Assembly (NCBI GenBank): GCA_963664225.1
Contig: OY760937.1
Coordinates: forward strand, 1,599,236 to 1,663,235
Length of the DNA stretch: 64,000 nucleotides
Direction: 5' to 3'
Source: Verrucomicrobiia bacterium
GTDB lineage: Bacteria; Verrucomicrobiota; Verrucomicrobiia; Limisphaerales; UBA1319
Both the position numbers and the translations under genes were made by a program. How positions within the stretch are numbered: position 1 is the first letter of the stretch; every line of letters begins with the position of its first letter. The notes under the pieces are model-generated. The model did not search any database, was not told where the DNA came from, and was given only the letters and a program-made list of their open reading frames with translations. Shown here piece after piece: positions 35,008 through 45,998 of the stretch.

Positions 35008-36429
35008 TTACCTGAGTTGGGTTAAAATCACATTACTCTCGATATCCCGCCAAACTTTCTTCCCTCCCACAACCTCCGTTTTGGCGAGGTGCTTGAGATA
35101 ATAGAGCGTTGGCTCCGCAATGTGCTGGTTATTGAGAAAAGGCTCGGTGTATTGGATGGCGGCATACTTGGCCTGAGCGATGTGGTGCTGTTGGCCCACG
35201 TGATCGTTCCAATCCACGCCCTCTGTCAGAAAACCGTGGAGGCCGTAATGGTGTTTTGCAATGGCGCGCAGGATGACCAGACCATTCATCTCGTAGCTCT
35301 GGCTTGCTTTCAGATCCCGCGAACGTGTGTCGGCGGCCGCCTCGAAATAGGCCAGCGCGGCCTCGGCATTTTCCCAGAGATAGGCGGTATCCCACGATTT
35401 TTCCATGTAGAGCAGGCCCTTGGTGGCCACTCCATTGCGATCATCGGTCATCTTGAACTCATCCAGGGCTTTCAGGCATTTATCATAAGCAAAAGTTCGG
35501 ATTGCTTCGTCATTCAGCACCTTGGAAACCGCCAACAGGGTTCGAAATGCAACCGAAAGGGCCACGTTCTCGCGCGGATCGTAGGTGTCGTGATTGATGC
35601 TGCCGAATATCCCGCCGGCCTTCATGAACACCGCCGTCTTCTCCCGCAGATTCGTTTTGTAATCCGCCAGACCCTGGGCCGTCAAAGCCGCTTGTAGTTG
35701 GAGAATAAAAAGCCCGTCCGCGGACGTTTGCCAGAACGGATCGTTGCCGCCGTCCGGGGATTTGAGCCAGAGTTTTCCTTCCGGCGTCACGCGGCGGGGA
35801 AACCAGCCATTGGTAACCGGTTCCACATGCCTATCGATCCAGCGCGAACATCGCAGGGCCGCCTGGCGCATGCGTTCGGCCCGTGAATCCGCGCCCAGGT
35901 CTCCCGCGAAACTGAGCAGTTGAAATCCGACCTTCGCCATCGACCCCGGGCAAAACCAATCCGAGTTATGCTTGTAGTTCAGGCACATTTTGCCCGTGGT
36001 GGTCTCGCGATACGCCCGAATCAGCCCGCTTTCCTCAATGAATCCCCCATCCAGCACATGGTCCAGAATCCCAAGGGCATTCGTTTGCCAGTCCTTCTTA
36101 TCCAGATACGCGCCCAGAGAAAATATTTCCCACGCGCCCCCTGCCGCATTGGCCGCCCAACCTGGACCTTCGAGATTCCCAAAATCATGCCAGCCCATGA
36201 CCTTGCCCTCGGGATTCACAAAACTCGAAATGGAAACCAGGTGTCCGTTGGTGTCGCGTTGAAGTGTCTTCGTCAGCGTGAATCGGATGGAATCGTTGAC
36301 CGAATCGCTGATCGTGTAACGCGGATTTTCGGGAACGTAAAATGCCTGCCTGGCCCACTCGGTATCAGCAGCCCCTGCGCCGATCCCGCACAAACAAGCC
36401 CAGGCCCAGATAATCGATGCGTGCTTCAT
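35008..36429 (-). CDS. hypothetical secreted protein (helix-rich, possibly alpha/alpha-toroid glycoside-hydrolase/epimerase-like)
   Basis: Signal peptide MKHASIIWAWACLCGIGAGAA. The long ORF has normal composition. No diagnostic motif was recognised. Confidence 0.75.
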   Translation of the reverse strand: MKHASIIWAWACLCGIGAGAADTEWARQAFYVPENPRYTISDSVNDSIRFTLTKTLQRDTNGHLVSISSFVNPEGKVMGWHDFGNLEGPGWAANAAGGAWEIFSLGAYLDKKDWQTNALGILDHVLDGGFIEESGLIRAYRETTTGKMCLNYKHNSDWFCPGSMAKVGFQLLSFAGDLGADSRAERMRQAALRCSRWIDRHVEPVTNGWFPRRVTPEGKLWLKSPDGGNDPFWQTSADGLFILQLQAALTAQGLADYKTNLREKTAVFMKAGGIFGSINHDTYDPRENVALSVAFRTLLAVSKVLNDEAIRTFAYDKCLKALDEFKMTDDRNGVATKGLLYMEKSWDTAYLWENAEAALAYFEAAADTRSRDLKASQSYEMNGLVILRAIAKHHYGLHGFLTEGVDWNDHVGQQHHIAQAKYAAIQYTEPFLNNQHIAEPTLYYLKHLAKTEVVGGKKVWRDIESNVILTQLR

Positions 36430-36478
36430 AGACTTTCCGACTTTCTCATTCGAATTATTTTGAGGATGGGCGCCGCGT

Positions 36479-37294
36479 TCATTTCAGGATTCCCGCCGCC
36501 AGCAGGGCCTTGCCCCAGATGACGTAGCCGGCCTCGGTGGGGTGAACTCCATCGGACATGATATCCCGGGATAACATGGCGTCCTTTGCGACGATCTGTT
36601 CCGAGATGTCCAGAAAACCAATCAGCGGTTTGCCGGTCAGTTGAGTTGCCAGAATCCTGTTCAAGGCGGTGATGTTCGTGCGGTAATAATCATCGGGTTT
36701 GAAGCCGCGCGGCAACACCCCCATGACAAGGATCCGGCTCTGCGGCGACTTTTTGTGAACGCGATCGCAGATGGCGCCGATCGCTTCGGCAATTTCCGCG
36801 GGCGAGTTGGCTCGCGCGTTGCCGGTGCCCGTTAAATTATTGCTTCCAATATTCAGGACGACCACCTTCGGATGCGTGCCGTCCATTTCGCCATGATCCA
36901 GCCGCCAAAGGACGTTTTGCGTCCGATCCCAACCAAATCCCATGTTCAAAACGCGATGCTCGCCGAAGGTCTCGGCCCAGGCCTTGGGACCGTTCTGCTG
37001 TCGGGAAATCGGCGGGCCGCCCCAGAAATGGGTGATCGAATCACCGATCATGACGATCTCGGGATCGATGGTCTTCTGCTCCGCGAGTACCTGCGTGTGG
37101 CGTTCATCCCAGTTGTAAGAATCCTTTTCCAACCACGTAACGGGCACAAGGGCGCTGTTGGTGCCGGTCTGAACGGAAGATGGCGTGGCGGCTGGAGCCA
37201 CATCCGCGCCCATCAAATGCCGACCTGACGCCACGGTCAGCAATCCGATCGCGAGAATCCATTTAAACCGGCCCACTTTGAAGTGCTTTTTCAT
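36479..37294 (-). CDS. SGNH/GDSL hydrolase (acetylesterase-like), secreted
   Basis: Block I IVMIGDSITHFWG, block III VVVLNIGSNNL and block V DGVHPTEAGY. The likely start is MKKHFKVGRFKWILAIGLL at 37294 (or 37309). The longer track ORF upstream is probably not translated. Confidence 0.82.
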   Translation of the reverse strand: MKKHFKVGRFKWILAIGLLTVASGRHLMGADVAPAATPSSVQTGTNSALVPVTWLEKDSYNWDERHTQVLAEQKTIDPEIVMIGDSITHFWGGPPISRQQNGPKAWAETFGEHRVLNMGFGWDRTQNVLWRLDHGEMDGTHPKVVVLNIGSNNLTGTGNARANSPAEIAEAIGAICDRVHKKSPQSRILVMGVLPRGFKPDDYYRTNITALNRILATQLTGKPLIGFLDISEQIVAKDAMLSRDIMSDGVHPTEAGYVIWGKALLAAGILK

Positions 37295-37517
37295 ATTTGG
37301 ATTTTCCATCAATCTGGCTCTTAAACGTTGAGATCGCATTTCCCCGGCAACACCCCTCCTGCCCAGGCAAGCCAAAGTGTGTTTCATTGTCCACTCCGAT
37401 TTGCTAACTTGCAAACACAATACTGGCGGCACCCATTTAGTTTTAATAACAGGAATATTTTGTAGTTGGCAAAGCAGGCCAGCTCCCTTCTTGTCCCTCG
37501 AAATGCGGAAGACCGAC

Positions 37518-38732
37518 CTACCCCGAACGGCCACGTTTCCCGGAGATCCCCACCAACACCGCGCCGCAGGCGAACAGGATGCCGCAATAAACCATGGCGG
37601 CGTTGATTCCATAGGCCGACCACAGCAGGCCCACGACCACGCTCGACAGAAAATCACCCACGCCGTTGACCGTGGCCAGCATCCCGAACGCCATGCCATG
37701 CTGATTTTCGTCGGTCAATTCGGCGCATAAGGAATCCTCGAGCGTTTCCTCCACCGCCACGTAAATGCCAGCCAGAGAGAAAATAACGGCCAAAGCCCAT
37801 GGATTTCCCGGCAGAACGATCACCAATACCGCCATCACGAAGGCCAGCGCGTATCCCGCCGCAAGGAGCAGCCGTTTGTTCCATTGATCCGCCAGCCAGC
37901 CGCTCAGGTAGGAGCAACCGGCATAGAGCATGTTGTGCAGCACATACAATCCCACGGCCACGCTGGCCGCTTTTCCGGCACCCATGGAAGGGGTGAGCGT
38001 TTGCGCGGCCAGAAGGATCAACATGGAATGCGCAAAATCACCCGCGCCAAACAGGCCAACGGCCACCAGAAACTTTTTATAAGGGCCGGGCAGGCCGCGC
38101 AGGCTGTCGCCAAATGAAATATGCGGCACGGGTTTGCGTTCCTTTTCCCGGACCGCAAACGCAATCAACCCCGCCGCCGCGAGTCCCGGAATCAGTGTCA
38201 GGGCAAAGAGGGTCTGATAATTGTGGTTCAAGGCCCCGAGCAAAAAGAAGGCGGATATCGGTCCCACAATCGCCCCGCAGGTGTCCATCATCCGCTCGAA
38301 TCCAAAGGCGCGACCGTAGGACTCGCGCGTGACCGCCGCCGCGAGCAGGGCCTTGCGAACAGGGGTGCGCACGCCACGCCCCAACCACGCGACCGCGCGT
38401 GAGGCAAGAACATGCCAGGCGCTTGTGGCCAGACCGAAGGAAGCCGTGCCCAACGCGGTGACGATGTAACCCAGGACCGCGATGGGTTTGCGCCGTGCCA
38501 GACGGTCGGTATAAAAACCCGACGCCATCTTCGCAACGCTCGACAATCCATCCGACACCCCCTCGATCAATCCGAGCCATGCCGCCGACACCCCCAGCAT
38601 GGCCAGATACGCGGGCAGCACGGACGTCGCAATTTCATGAGCCCAGTCGCTGAAAAGAGAGGCCAGCCCAATGCCCAGCACTGTGCGGTTGAGCCAGCGT
38701 TTGCCCGGTGGTTTTTCCCCTGCCCCATCCAT
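37518..38732 (-). CDS. MFS transporter
   Basis: Twelve hydrophobic segments. Loop motif DRLARRKP between TM2 and TM3. Confidence 0.85.
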   Translation of the reverse strand: MDGAGEKPPGKRWLNRTVLGIGLASLFSDWAHEIATSVLPAYLAMLGVSAAWLGLIEGVSDGLSSVAKMASGFYTDRLARRKPIAVLGYIVTALGTASFGLATSAWHVLASRAVAWLGRGVRTPVRKALLAAAVTRESYGRAFGFERMMDTCGAIVGPISAFFLLGALNHNYQTLFALTLIPGLAAAGLIAFAVREKERKPVPHISFGDSLRGLPGPYKKFLVAVGLFGAGDFAHSMLILLAAQTLTPSMGAGKAASVAVGLYVLHNMLYAGCSYLSGWLADQWNKRLLLAAGYALAFVMAVLVIVLPGNPWALAVIFSLAGIYVAVEETLEDSLCAELTDENQHGMAFGMLATVNGVGDFLSSVVVGLLWSAYGINAAMVYCGILFACGAVLVGISGKRGRSG

Positions 38733-38915
38733 ATCAATTGACGGCTCAATATAGCAGCATGGTCAAGATGCGCCTTAAAATACGGTCAAAAACCATCAAA
38801 ACCACGGTTGAATTGTTTCCGCGATCGGGCCATAATGACGCTCACTTCCAGACGAAGTTCGGTCCACATGGACCGAAGTTGCGGGGAAGACCAAAATTCG
38901 CAAAAAAGGGATCGC

Positions 38916-39467
38916 ATGATTGGTTTAACCATAGGCACGATTGCGGTAATGGCCGCGATATCCATCGTCAACGCCACTGCCGATGTTTCCTGGCGCACGA
39001 AACTCGAACAGGAACTTCCGCTGCTGGGCCATCGCAATTGGATCGTCATCGCCGATTCCGCCTATCCCTGGCAGACCGCCCCGGGCATCGAAACCGTGTG
39101 GACCGGCGCATCGCAAACCGAGGTGGTCCGTGCCGTGCTGGATACCCTGGACAAGTCCGCCCATGTCAGGCCCATCATTTATACCGATGCGGAATTGAAG
39201 GCCGTTCCCGAAGCCGCAGCCAAAGGGGTGCAGGCCTACCGGGATGAGTTGGCCAAAATCCTTGCGGGCCGCGAGGTGTCAGTCGTGCCCCATGAACAGA
39301 TTATTTCCAAACTCGACGAAGCGGGCAAAACGTTTCATGTCCTTCTCTTGAAAACCAAAATGACCATTCCCTATACCTCGGTCTTTCTGCAACTCGATTG
39401 CAATTATTGGAGCGCGGAGGCCGAACGTGCTTTGCGTGAATCGCTCAAGGGAAACGCGAAACCCTGA
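38916..39467 (+). CDS. RbsD/FucU-fold-like protein with N-terminal signal/TM
   Basis: LPLLGHRNWIVIADSAYP parallels the GHGD.I.I.DA.FP motif of RbsD/FucU mutarotases. ATG at 38916. Confidence 0.55.
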   Translation: MIGLTIGTIAVMAAISIVNATADVSWRTKLEQELPLLGHRNWIVIADSAYPWQTAPGIETVWTGASQTEVVRAVLDTLDKSAHVRPIIYTDAELKAVPEAAAKGVQAYRDELAKILAGREVSVVPHEQIISKLDEAGKTFHVLLLKTKMTIPYTSVFLQLDCNYWSAEAERALRESLKGNAKP

Positions 39468-39560
39468 TTTTGCATGGCACCAGGCGCGAATCATGTCGGA
39501 CAACTTTGTGAATCATAGAGCACCCTGAAAACCGTGCGCAGCATTTAACAAGGAATTGCC

Positions 39561-40931
39561 ATGGATATACTGATGTTATCACGCATCCAGTTCGCCTTCA
39601 CCATCGGCTTCCATTATATTTTCCCGCCGTTGAGCATCGGCCTGGGCGTGCTGCTGGTCTTGATCGAGGCCATGTGGCTGATCACGGGCAAACCCATTTT
39701 CCACCAGATGGGCCGATTCTGGACGAAGGTCTTCTCGCTCACATTCGCCATGGGCGTGGCCACGGGCATCGTGATGGAGTTCGAGTTTGGGACCAATTGG
39801 GCCACTTACTCGCGCTATGTGGGGGACGTTTTCGGCAGCGCACTGGCCGCTGAAGGCATTTTCGCCTTTTTCCTGGAATCCGGCTTCCTCGCGATCCTTC
39901 TGTTTGGGTGGGACAGGGTCCGACCCGGCGTGCATTTCTTTGCCACCTGCATGGTGTGCCTGGGCGCGCACTTCAGCGCCATCTGGATTGTGGTGGCCAA
40001 TTCCTGGCAGCAAACACCGGCGGGTTATCACATCGTGGGCGAAGGATTATCCGCGCGCGCAGAAATCACCGATTTCTGGGCCATGGTGTTCAACCCCTCC
40101 TCCATGGATCGCCTGTTCCACACCGTCTGTGGCGCGTGGCAGGCCGGGGCGTTCCTCATGGTCAGCGTCAGCGCATTTTATTTGCTCAAACGCCGCCATA
40201 TCGAGTTTGCGCAAACGTCGCTGAAAACCGGTCTTGCCGTCGGCCTGGCTGCCTCTCTGCTCCAATTGGTCTCCGGCCACGACTCCGCCGTGGGTGTCGC
40301 CAATAACCAACCCGCCAAACTGGCCGCCTTCGAAGGACAATACATCACGCAATCGAATGCGCCGCTTTCCTTGTTCGGCTGGGTGGATGAGAAGAATCAG
40401 CAGGTGCGTAATGGCGTCTCCATTCCCGGAATGCTCAGTTATCTGATTTATTTCGACACCACAAAAACAGTCGCGGGTCTGGACCAGACCAAGCCCGAAA
40501 ACCGCCCGCCGGTCAACGCGGTCTTCCAATTCTACCATATCATGGTGGGCGTGGGCATGACCATGATCGCCCTGACGCTGTTCGGCGCTTTCCTGTGGGC
40601 GCGTGGACAACTGTTCAAACACCGCTGGTATCTCATCCTGCTCGTGTTCTCGGTGCTCGGCCCTCAAATTGCCAACCAGGCGGGGTGGTTCGCCGCCGAG
40701 GTCGGACGCCAACCCTGGATTGTCTATGGCCTCTTGCGCACGTCGGACGCCCTGTCGGTTGTTGTAAAAGCGAATGAAATTGTCGCCTCGCTGATCCTGT
40801 TTGCCGTGATCTATGCCCTTTTATTTGCGGCGTTCATTTACCTGTTGGACGACAAAATCAAACACGGCCCGGACGATGCGGACCTGATTCCATCGGGCAA
40901 ACTTGCCCTACCCTTAAGAGGTGACCATTGA
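39561..40931 (+). CDS. cydA: cytochrome bd ubiquinol oxidase subunit I
   Basis: [23 protein letters not shown] and [20 protein letters not shown]. Confidence 0.95.
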   Translation: MDILMLSRIQFAFTIGFHYIFPPLSIGLGVLLVLIEAMWLITGKPIFHQMGRFWTKVFSLTFAMGVATGIVMEFEFGTNWATYSRYVGDVFGSALAAEGIFAFFLESGFLAILLFGWDRVRPGVHFFATCMVCLGAHFSAIWIVVANSWQQTPAGYHIVGEGLSARAEITDFWAMVFNPSSMDRLFHTVCGAWQAGAFLMVSVSAFYLLKRRHIEFAQTSLKTGLAVGLAASLLQLVSGHDSAVGVANNQPAKLAAFEGQYITQSNAPLSLFGWVDEKNQQVRNGVSIPGMLSYLIYFDTTKTVAGLDQTKPENRPPVNAVFQFYHIMVGVGMTMIALTLFGAFLWARGQLFKHRWYLILLVFSVLGPQIANQAGWFAAEVGRQPWIVYGLLRTSDALSVVVKANEIVASLILFAVIYALLFAAFIYLLDDKIKHGPDDADLIPSGKLALPLRGDH

Positions 40932-41953
40932 ATGCCCTGGATCTGAATACCATCTGGTTTGTCCTCATCGGCGTACTCTTTGGCGGATACGCCATTTTGG
41001 ACGGTTTTGACCTTGGGGTCGGCGCCATTCATCTTTTCACGAAAACGGATGAGGAACGGCGCATCATGATCAATTCCATCGGGCCGGTGTGGGATGGCAA
41101 CGAAGTCTGGCTGGTCACGGGCGGCGGCGCCCTCTTTGCAGCGTTTCCCATGGCCTATGCCACGGTCTTCAGCGGTTTCTATCTCGCATTCGTTTTGCTG
41201 CTCTTTGCCCTGATCTTCCGCGCGGTGGCGATTGAATTTCGCAGCAAACAGCCGCATCGCTGGTGGCGGCAGATGTGGGACATCAGCTTTGCATGCGGCA
41301 GCATCCTCTCGAGTTTTCTGATCGGCGTGGCCATGGGCAACATTGCCTGGGGCATCCCCCTGGATTCGCACCATGAATTTGCGGGCACTTTTCTGGGACT
41401 GCTGCATCCCTACGCCGTCCTGTTGGGAATCACCACAGTGGCCTTGTTCATGATGCACGGCGCGATTTATACCGTGTTAAAAACCGAAGGCGCGCTCCAC
41501 GACAAAGTCCGAGGATGGGTTAACAACTGCATCATTTTCTTCATCATCTGCTACGCCATCACGACCATGGCCACCCTGCTCTATCTGCCCCACATGACGA
41601 CGCAGGTGCGTAGCCATCCCGTCCTTTTTCTGATTCCGCTGGCGACGATGCTGGCCATTGCCAACATCCCGCGCGCATTCCATCACGGATGGGACTTCCA
41701 GGCGTTCCTCTCCTCCTCAGCCGCCATGGCTGGCTTGATGATGCTTTTCGGTGTGGAGATGTTTCCCAACCTGGTTTTCAGCAACCCGACCGTCGGCAAC
41801 AGCCTCACCGTTTACAATGCCGCTTCCTCCCACAAAACGCTCTCCATCATGCTGACCATCGCCATGATCGGCATCCCGATCGTCCTCGCCTACACCATGA
41901 GCATCTATTGGATTTTCAGGGGCAAGGTCAAACTCGACCGAATGAGTTACTGA
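40928..41953 (+). CDS. cydB: cytochrome bd ubiquinol oxidase subunit II
   Basis: [27 protein letters not shown] and [11 protein letters not shown]. The TTG start overlaps the cydA stop. Confidence 0.93.
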   Translation: MNALDLNTIWFVLIGVLFGGYAILDGFDLGVGAIHLFTKTDEERRIMINSIGPVWDGNEVWLVTGGGALFAAFPMAYATVFSGFYLAFVLLLFALIFRAVAIEFRSKQPHRWWRQMWDISFACGSILSSFLIGVAMGNIAWGIPLDSHHEFAGTFLGLLHPYAVLLGITTVALFMMHGAIYTVLKTEGALHDKVRGWVNNCIIFFIICYAITTMATLLYLPHMTTQVRSHPVLFLIPLATMLAIANIPRAFHHGWDFQAFLSSSAAMAGLMMLFGVEMFPNLVFSNPTVGNSLTVYNAASSHKTLSIMLTIAMIGIPIVLAYTMSIYWIFRGKVKLDRMSY

Positions 41954-43854
41954 GCAAACCAGGCTGCGACAGGGCTGCCGGGCGCCAGTCGATAATCGTG
42001 ATTTGCGGCGTCGATGAATTTGGGATCTGCCACCACGGCGTGGGCCTCCAATCCCCTGGTTTGCATGAAGGCCTTGAATTCGCTCTCCCCAATATTTTTC
42101 TCGCCCCACAACACGTAAGGTTTCTCCTCCGGTAGGGCGAGGCTCCCGCCGAGCCGTTCCGGTTTATCGCTCCTCAGCACGCAGGGTTTTCCCTCCTGAT
42201 GCCAGCAGTTCTCGTCCAGTGTCAGCGCGGCGGTCCAATCCCGCCCATGCAGGCGCATCAGTGAATCCACGGAATTGGCGAAAATGTTGTGGCGGATGAC
42301 GACATTGGTGGTGGCCGCAGTATTGTCGTAAAACATCAAATGGCGGCCATTGGGATCAGGACGCTGGCGATGTCCCCAGCCGTAACCGGCATCCACACAA
42401 ATGTTGTTTTCGAACACAATGTTGCGGGTCACGCTGGCGGCGCCGCGATTCCAATATTCGAAGGAATACTCACTGTTCCAGATCACGTTGCGCCGGTAGA
42501 TGATGTTTTCCTCGACATTGGTGCCACTGCCCTGGTTGGTGAGGGCGGCATCATAAATCTCCCAAATGCGGCAACCTTCCACCAGCGAATCGCTCGCGGC
42601 CGCCCAAAATTCAATGCCATTGCCGTAACGCACAGGCGCGCCATCTGAGCCGGCATTTTGATGCCCGCCCCCGATGTACGAAATATCGCAATTGCGGACC
42701 GTGATGTGTCGGGTGCTCCCGCCGCCGATCCCATGTGCCGCACCGTAGCGGAGGTCCAGATTCTCGTAGGCCACGAAACCGCAGTTGCCCTGGTCGATGA
42801 TGTGGCGGCACAAGGCCAGCTCGATGCTTTGATGCAGCGTGGCGGGATTCGCGTCGCTGCGCAGTGTGACCTGCCAGGTCCGCGCGTCATAATGGAAATC
42901 GCCGGGCTCGCGCAAATCCGCCTCCCGCCACTTCTTCACACCGGTGAGCGCGCCATGGTCGAAGATGATGTTGCCGACATCCGCATCGAGCGGTCTTTCC
43001 TGGGAGCATTGCACTTTTTCAAGCCGCATCGAACGGAGCAAGAGTGTGCAGTCCCCGGGAAGCGCTCCGCCCAGAAACAGAGTAAGGCGGGCGTCGGACG
43101 CGGACTCGCTCCCGTGAAAACGGACGGTGCGCCCGGTCCAATTGGTTCCGATGGTTGTATTGGTGGCGTAAGTGCTGGCGTAGGCCGTCCAGGGAGAGCC
43201 GTTTTTCATCAGTGAAAAGGAAGCCGGAGCGAACGGACGCGTGGCACGGGCTTCAAAGCGGAGAAGGTAGTAATCGCCCGCTTTGACCGACAAGCCCCCA
43301 ATCGAAAGTTGAATGTGATTGGCGCTCGAACCCGGCTTGCGCCCCTCCAACCGCAGAATCCTCCCCTGATCTTGCGAGGAATCCCCGACCGCCAAAGTGC
43401 AATCCGCGCCACCCTCATGATACACCCCCCATCGATCCGCGGGCAGTTCCACCGTTTCACCCGTCGAATCAAACCTCAGGGGCGTTGTGATCCAGAGCCC
43501 CGGGCCCGCTGGCTGCCAATCGCCTGTATGATCCATCGCAGCCGAACCCAGAAAGACGGGTTTGGGGCCGGAACCAAAGGCGCCGTAGGTGATGACGCCG
43601 TTCGTCGATCCACTATGCGGCCGAAGCTGTCCACGCCAGGTCTGGCCGCGACGGAACAGCACCTGATCGGCGGGGGCCAGCGTGGCGCGATTCACCTGGG
43701 CCAGGGATTGCCAGGCATTGTCTTCGCTCAATCCATTGCGGTCGTCGTGACCGCGAGTGGCATCGACAAAAAACGTCCGCGCGGGTGCCGTCGATGCGGC
43801 AGTGAAGAACAAACCGGCTCCAAGGAGCGAAGCCCAAATCAAACGAATGGTCAT
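41947..43854 (-). CDS. right-handed parallel beta-helix repeat protein (pectate-lyase fold), secreted
   Basis: A signal peptide is followed by RTFFVDATRGHDDRNGLSEDNAWQSLAQVN. Repeated NxxxxNN / IxxNxF turns. Confidence 0.8.
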   Translation of the reverse strand: MTIRLIWASLLGAGLFFTAASTAPARTFFVDATRGHDDRNGLSEDNAWQSLAQVNRATLAPADQVLFRRGQTWRGQLRPHSGSTNGVITYGAFGSGPKPVFLGSAAMDHTGDWQPAGPGLWITTPLRFDSTGETVELPADRWGVYHEGGADCTLAVGDSSQDQGRILRLEGRKPGSSANHIQLSIGGLSVKAGDYYLLRFEARATRPFAPASFSLMKNGSPWTAYASTYATNTTIGTNWTGRTVRFHGSESASDARLTLFLGGALPGDCTLLLRSMRLEKVQCSQERPLDADVGNIIFDHGALTGVKKWREADLREPGDFHYDARTWQVTLRSDANPATLHQSIELALCRHIIDQGNCGFVAYENLDLRYGAAHGIGGGSTRHITVRNCDISYIGGGHQNAGSDGAPVRYGNGIEFWAAASDSLVEGCRIWEIYDAALTNQGSGTNVEENIIYRRNVIWNSEYSFEYWNRGAASVTRNIVFENNICVDAGYGWGHRQRPDPNGRHLMFYDNTAATTNVVIRHNIFANSVDSLMRLHGRDWTAALTLDENCWHQEGKPCVLRSDKPERLGGSLALPEEKPYVLWGEKNIGESEFKAFMQTRGLEAHAVVADPKFIDAANHDYRLAPGSPVAAWFAQ

Positions 43855-43916
43855 GGCTCCAAGATCTGCCCTGGAGCCTCATCGAATCAATGCTGAATAT
43901 TAGAAGGATAACAGAA

Positions 43917-44771
43917 TCACCGGCCTGTGGTGATCCGCGCCAGCAATGTCGCGGCGTCGCGGTAATCCGGCACCACCACGTCCGCGCCCACGCCCAGCAA
44001 CCGTTTGCGCTTCCACTCGTCCATGCGGCCCGATCCGTTATTCGCCTCGTCACTCGCCACCGCCACGGCCAGGCCTCCAGCCTCCTTCGTATTCTCAATC
44101 TCCACGTAACCGTCCCCGAATGAGAGCAGACGCTCGCCGGGAATGCGATTATCCTTGAGCAATTTTTCGATCACCATCTTTTTGGAAAAACTCCGGTAAT
44201 CGTCTTTCGCTCCGTAAATGTGCGGGCCGAAATAACGGGCCACATCCAGCAGCGCTGCCTCCTGCTTCACGTATTCCTCGTCGGTGCCGCTGGCCAGATA
44301 CAGGGTAAATCCCCGCGCGCGCAACAGTTCAAGCAAGGCCCGCGCCCCATGCACCAGCCAGTCATCGGTCCTGGCCCGGCCCTGACGCAATCCCTCGATC
44401 CGGTCCGCGATCCGCGCGTCCAATCGTGCCAGATATTCCCGTTTGTACCACAGCGGATCCTGGGGTGTGCCTCCGCGCTCGCGCACCCGCTCGGCAAACT
44501 TGATCATTTGGTAGATCGTCTGCTTGCCGTTGAGGCTCATGATGTCGTCATCCAGCATCTGCCGCAGCGCGGGCTCGGATTCACCTGCCTTGCGCGGCAG
44601 CATCTCAAGGAACATCGGCAACATCACCTCGGGCCATCCCTGCCGCAGCAGTGATAGCGTGCCGTCAAAATCAAACAGAACGTGGCTCGCCAGCGGCCTC
44701 GGCTTGAATCCCGCGCTGAATTCCACCAGCCCCGTGAATGGCATCGGTTCAATCATGATTTTGTGTCCCAA
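43917..44771 (-). CDS. HAD-superfamily hydrolase
   Basis: Motif I VLFDFDGTLS, plus downstream SGT and GDG(Y)VE motifs. Confidence 0.8.
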   Translation of the reverse strand: MGHKIMIEPMPFTGLVEFSAGFKPRPLASHVLFDFDGTLSLLRQGWPEVMLPMFLEMLPRKAGESEPALRQMLDDDIMSLNGKQTIYQMIKFAERVRERGGTPQDPLWYKREYLARLDARIADRIEGLRQGRARTDDWLVHGARALLELLRARGFTLYLASGTDEEYVKQEAALLDVARYFGPHIYGAKDDYRSFSKKMVIEKLLKDNRIPGERLLSFGDGYVEIENTKEAGGLAVAVASDEANNGSGRMDEWKRKRLLGVGADVVVPDYRDAATLLARITTGR

Positions 44772-44892
44772 TTAATGAATCGTCCAAATTTCAATGCCGG
44801 GAACCATCATGGCCCCCGCGTCTAAAAAAAAACGGACACCGGCTACTCAGTAACCAGTGCCCGTGAAGAAACCAAACCTGTATCGCAGGCGC

Positions 44893-45897
44893 TTAATGCA
44901 CCAGCAACTCGGCGATCTGGACCGCGTTCAGCGCCGCGCCCTTCAAAAGCTGGTCGCCGGAAACCCAGAAGCAGAGCCCGTTATCCATCGCGCAATCCAT
45001 GCGCATGCGTCCCACGGCGCAATTGTATTTCCCGGCCTGATAAAGCGGCAGCGGATACTCGTTCCTGGACGGATCGTCGATCAGGTCCAGACCCGGGGCC
45101 TTTTTGAGCACTTCACGCGCCGCCGCCACACTCACCGGCTTTTCAAATTCCGCCGTCACCGCGATCGAATGCGCCCGATACACCGGCACGCGCACGCAGG
45201 TCACGCTGGCGCGGAATTGAGGATGGTGCATGATCTTGCGCCCCTCATTCTCCATCTTCATTTCTTCCTTCGTATAGCCCGTGGGCAGGAAGGAATCCAC
45301 ATGCGGTATCACATTGAACGCGATCTGATGCGGATACACCTCGTGGGTGGCCGTTTCGCCCTTGACCGTCTGGGCCACCTGTCGGCGCAGTTCCTCGATG
45401 GCCTTTGCGCCCGTGCCCGAAACCGCCTGATAACTCGAGGCAAAAATCCGCTTCACCCCAAACGCCTGATGCAACGGATACAACGCCATCAAGGTGATGG
45501 CCGTCGTGCAATTCGGATTGGCAATGATGCCCTTGTGCCCCTTGATGTCCGCGCCATTGACCTCCGGCACCACCAATGGAACGGTGGGGTCCATGCGAAA
45601 CGCGCTGGAGTTATCGATCACCACGCAGCCCGCCTTTGCGGCCAGAGGCGCGAATTCCTTGCTGATGCTTCCACCCGCGCTGAACAACGCGATGTCTATC
45701 CCCGCAAAGGACGTGTGCGTGAGTTCCTTGACCGTGATCGTCTGCCCCTTGAACTTCAACGTTTTGCCCACGCTGCGAGCGGAGGCGAGCAACGTTAACT
45801 GACCTACTGGAAAATTGCGCTTTTCCAGGGTCTCGATCATTTCCAAGCCGACAGCGCCCGTGGCGCCGACAACGGCTACATGCGGTTGAGAACTCAT
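44893..45897 (-). CDS. asd: aspartate-semialdehyde dehydrogenase
   Basis: VAVVGATGAVGLEMI, IANPNCTTAITLMAL (active-site Cys) and RVPVYRAHS. ATG at 45897. Confidence 0.93.
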   Translation of the reverse strand: MSSQPHVAVVGATGAVGLEMIETLEKRNFPVGQLTLLASARSVGKTLKFKGQTITVKELTHTSFAGIDIALFSAGGSISKEFAPLAAKAGCVVIDNSSAFRMDPTVPLVVPEVNGADIKGHKGIIANPNCTTAITLMALYPLHQAFGVKRIFASSYQAVSGTGAKAIEELRRQVAQTVKGETATHEVYPHQIAFNVIPHVDSFLPTGYTKEEMKMENEGRKIMHHPQFRASVTCVRVPVYRAHSIAVTAEFEKPVSVAAAREVLKKAPGLDLIDDPSRNEYPLPLYQAGKYNCAVGRMRMDCAMDNGLCFWVSGDQLLKGAALNAVQIAELLVH

Positions 45898-45998
45898 ATT
45901 TTGTCCCATAAAACTGGGCGAATATACCCGGCAGGTCAAGGGTGTCAAACCTGTCATCGCGTGCATGGCAAGCCAATCCCGGAACCAGCCCGCCACTT

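Noticed and set aside
36479-37699. The full 406-aa version of the SGNH hydrolase ORF.
   Set aside because: The first ~135 codons (Trp/Cys/Arg-rich) look non-coding. A canonical signal peptide begins at the internal MKKHFKVGRF start (37294), so only the shorter CDS is reported.
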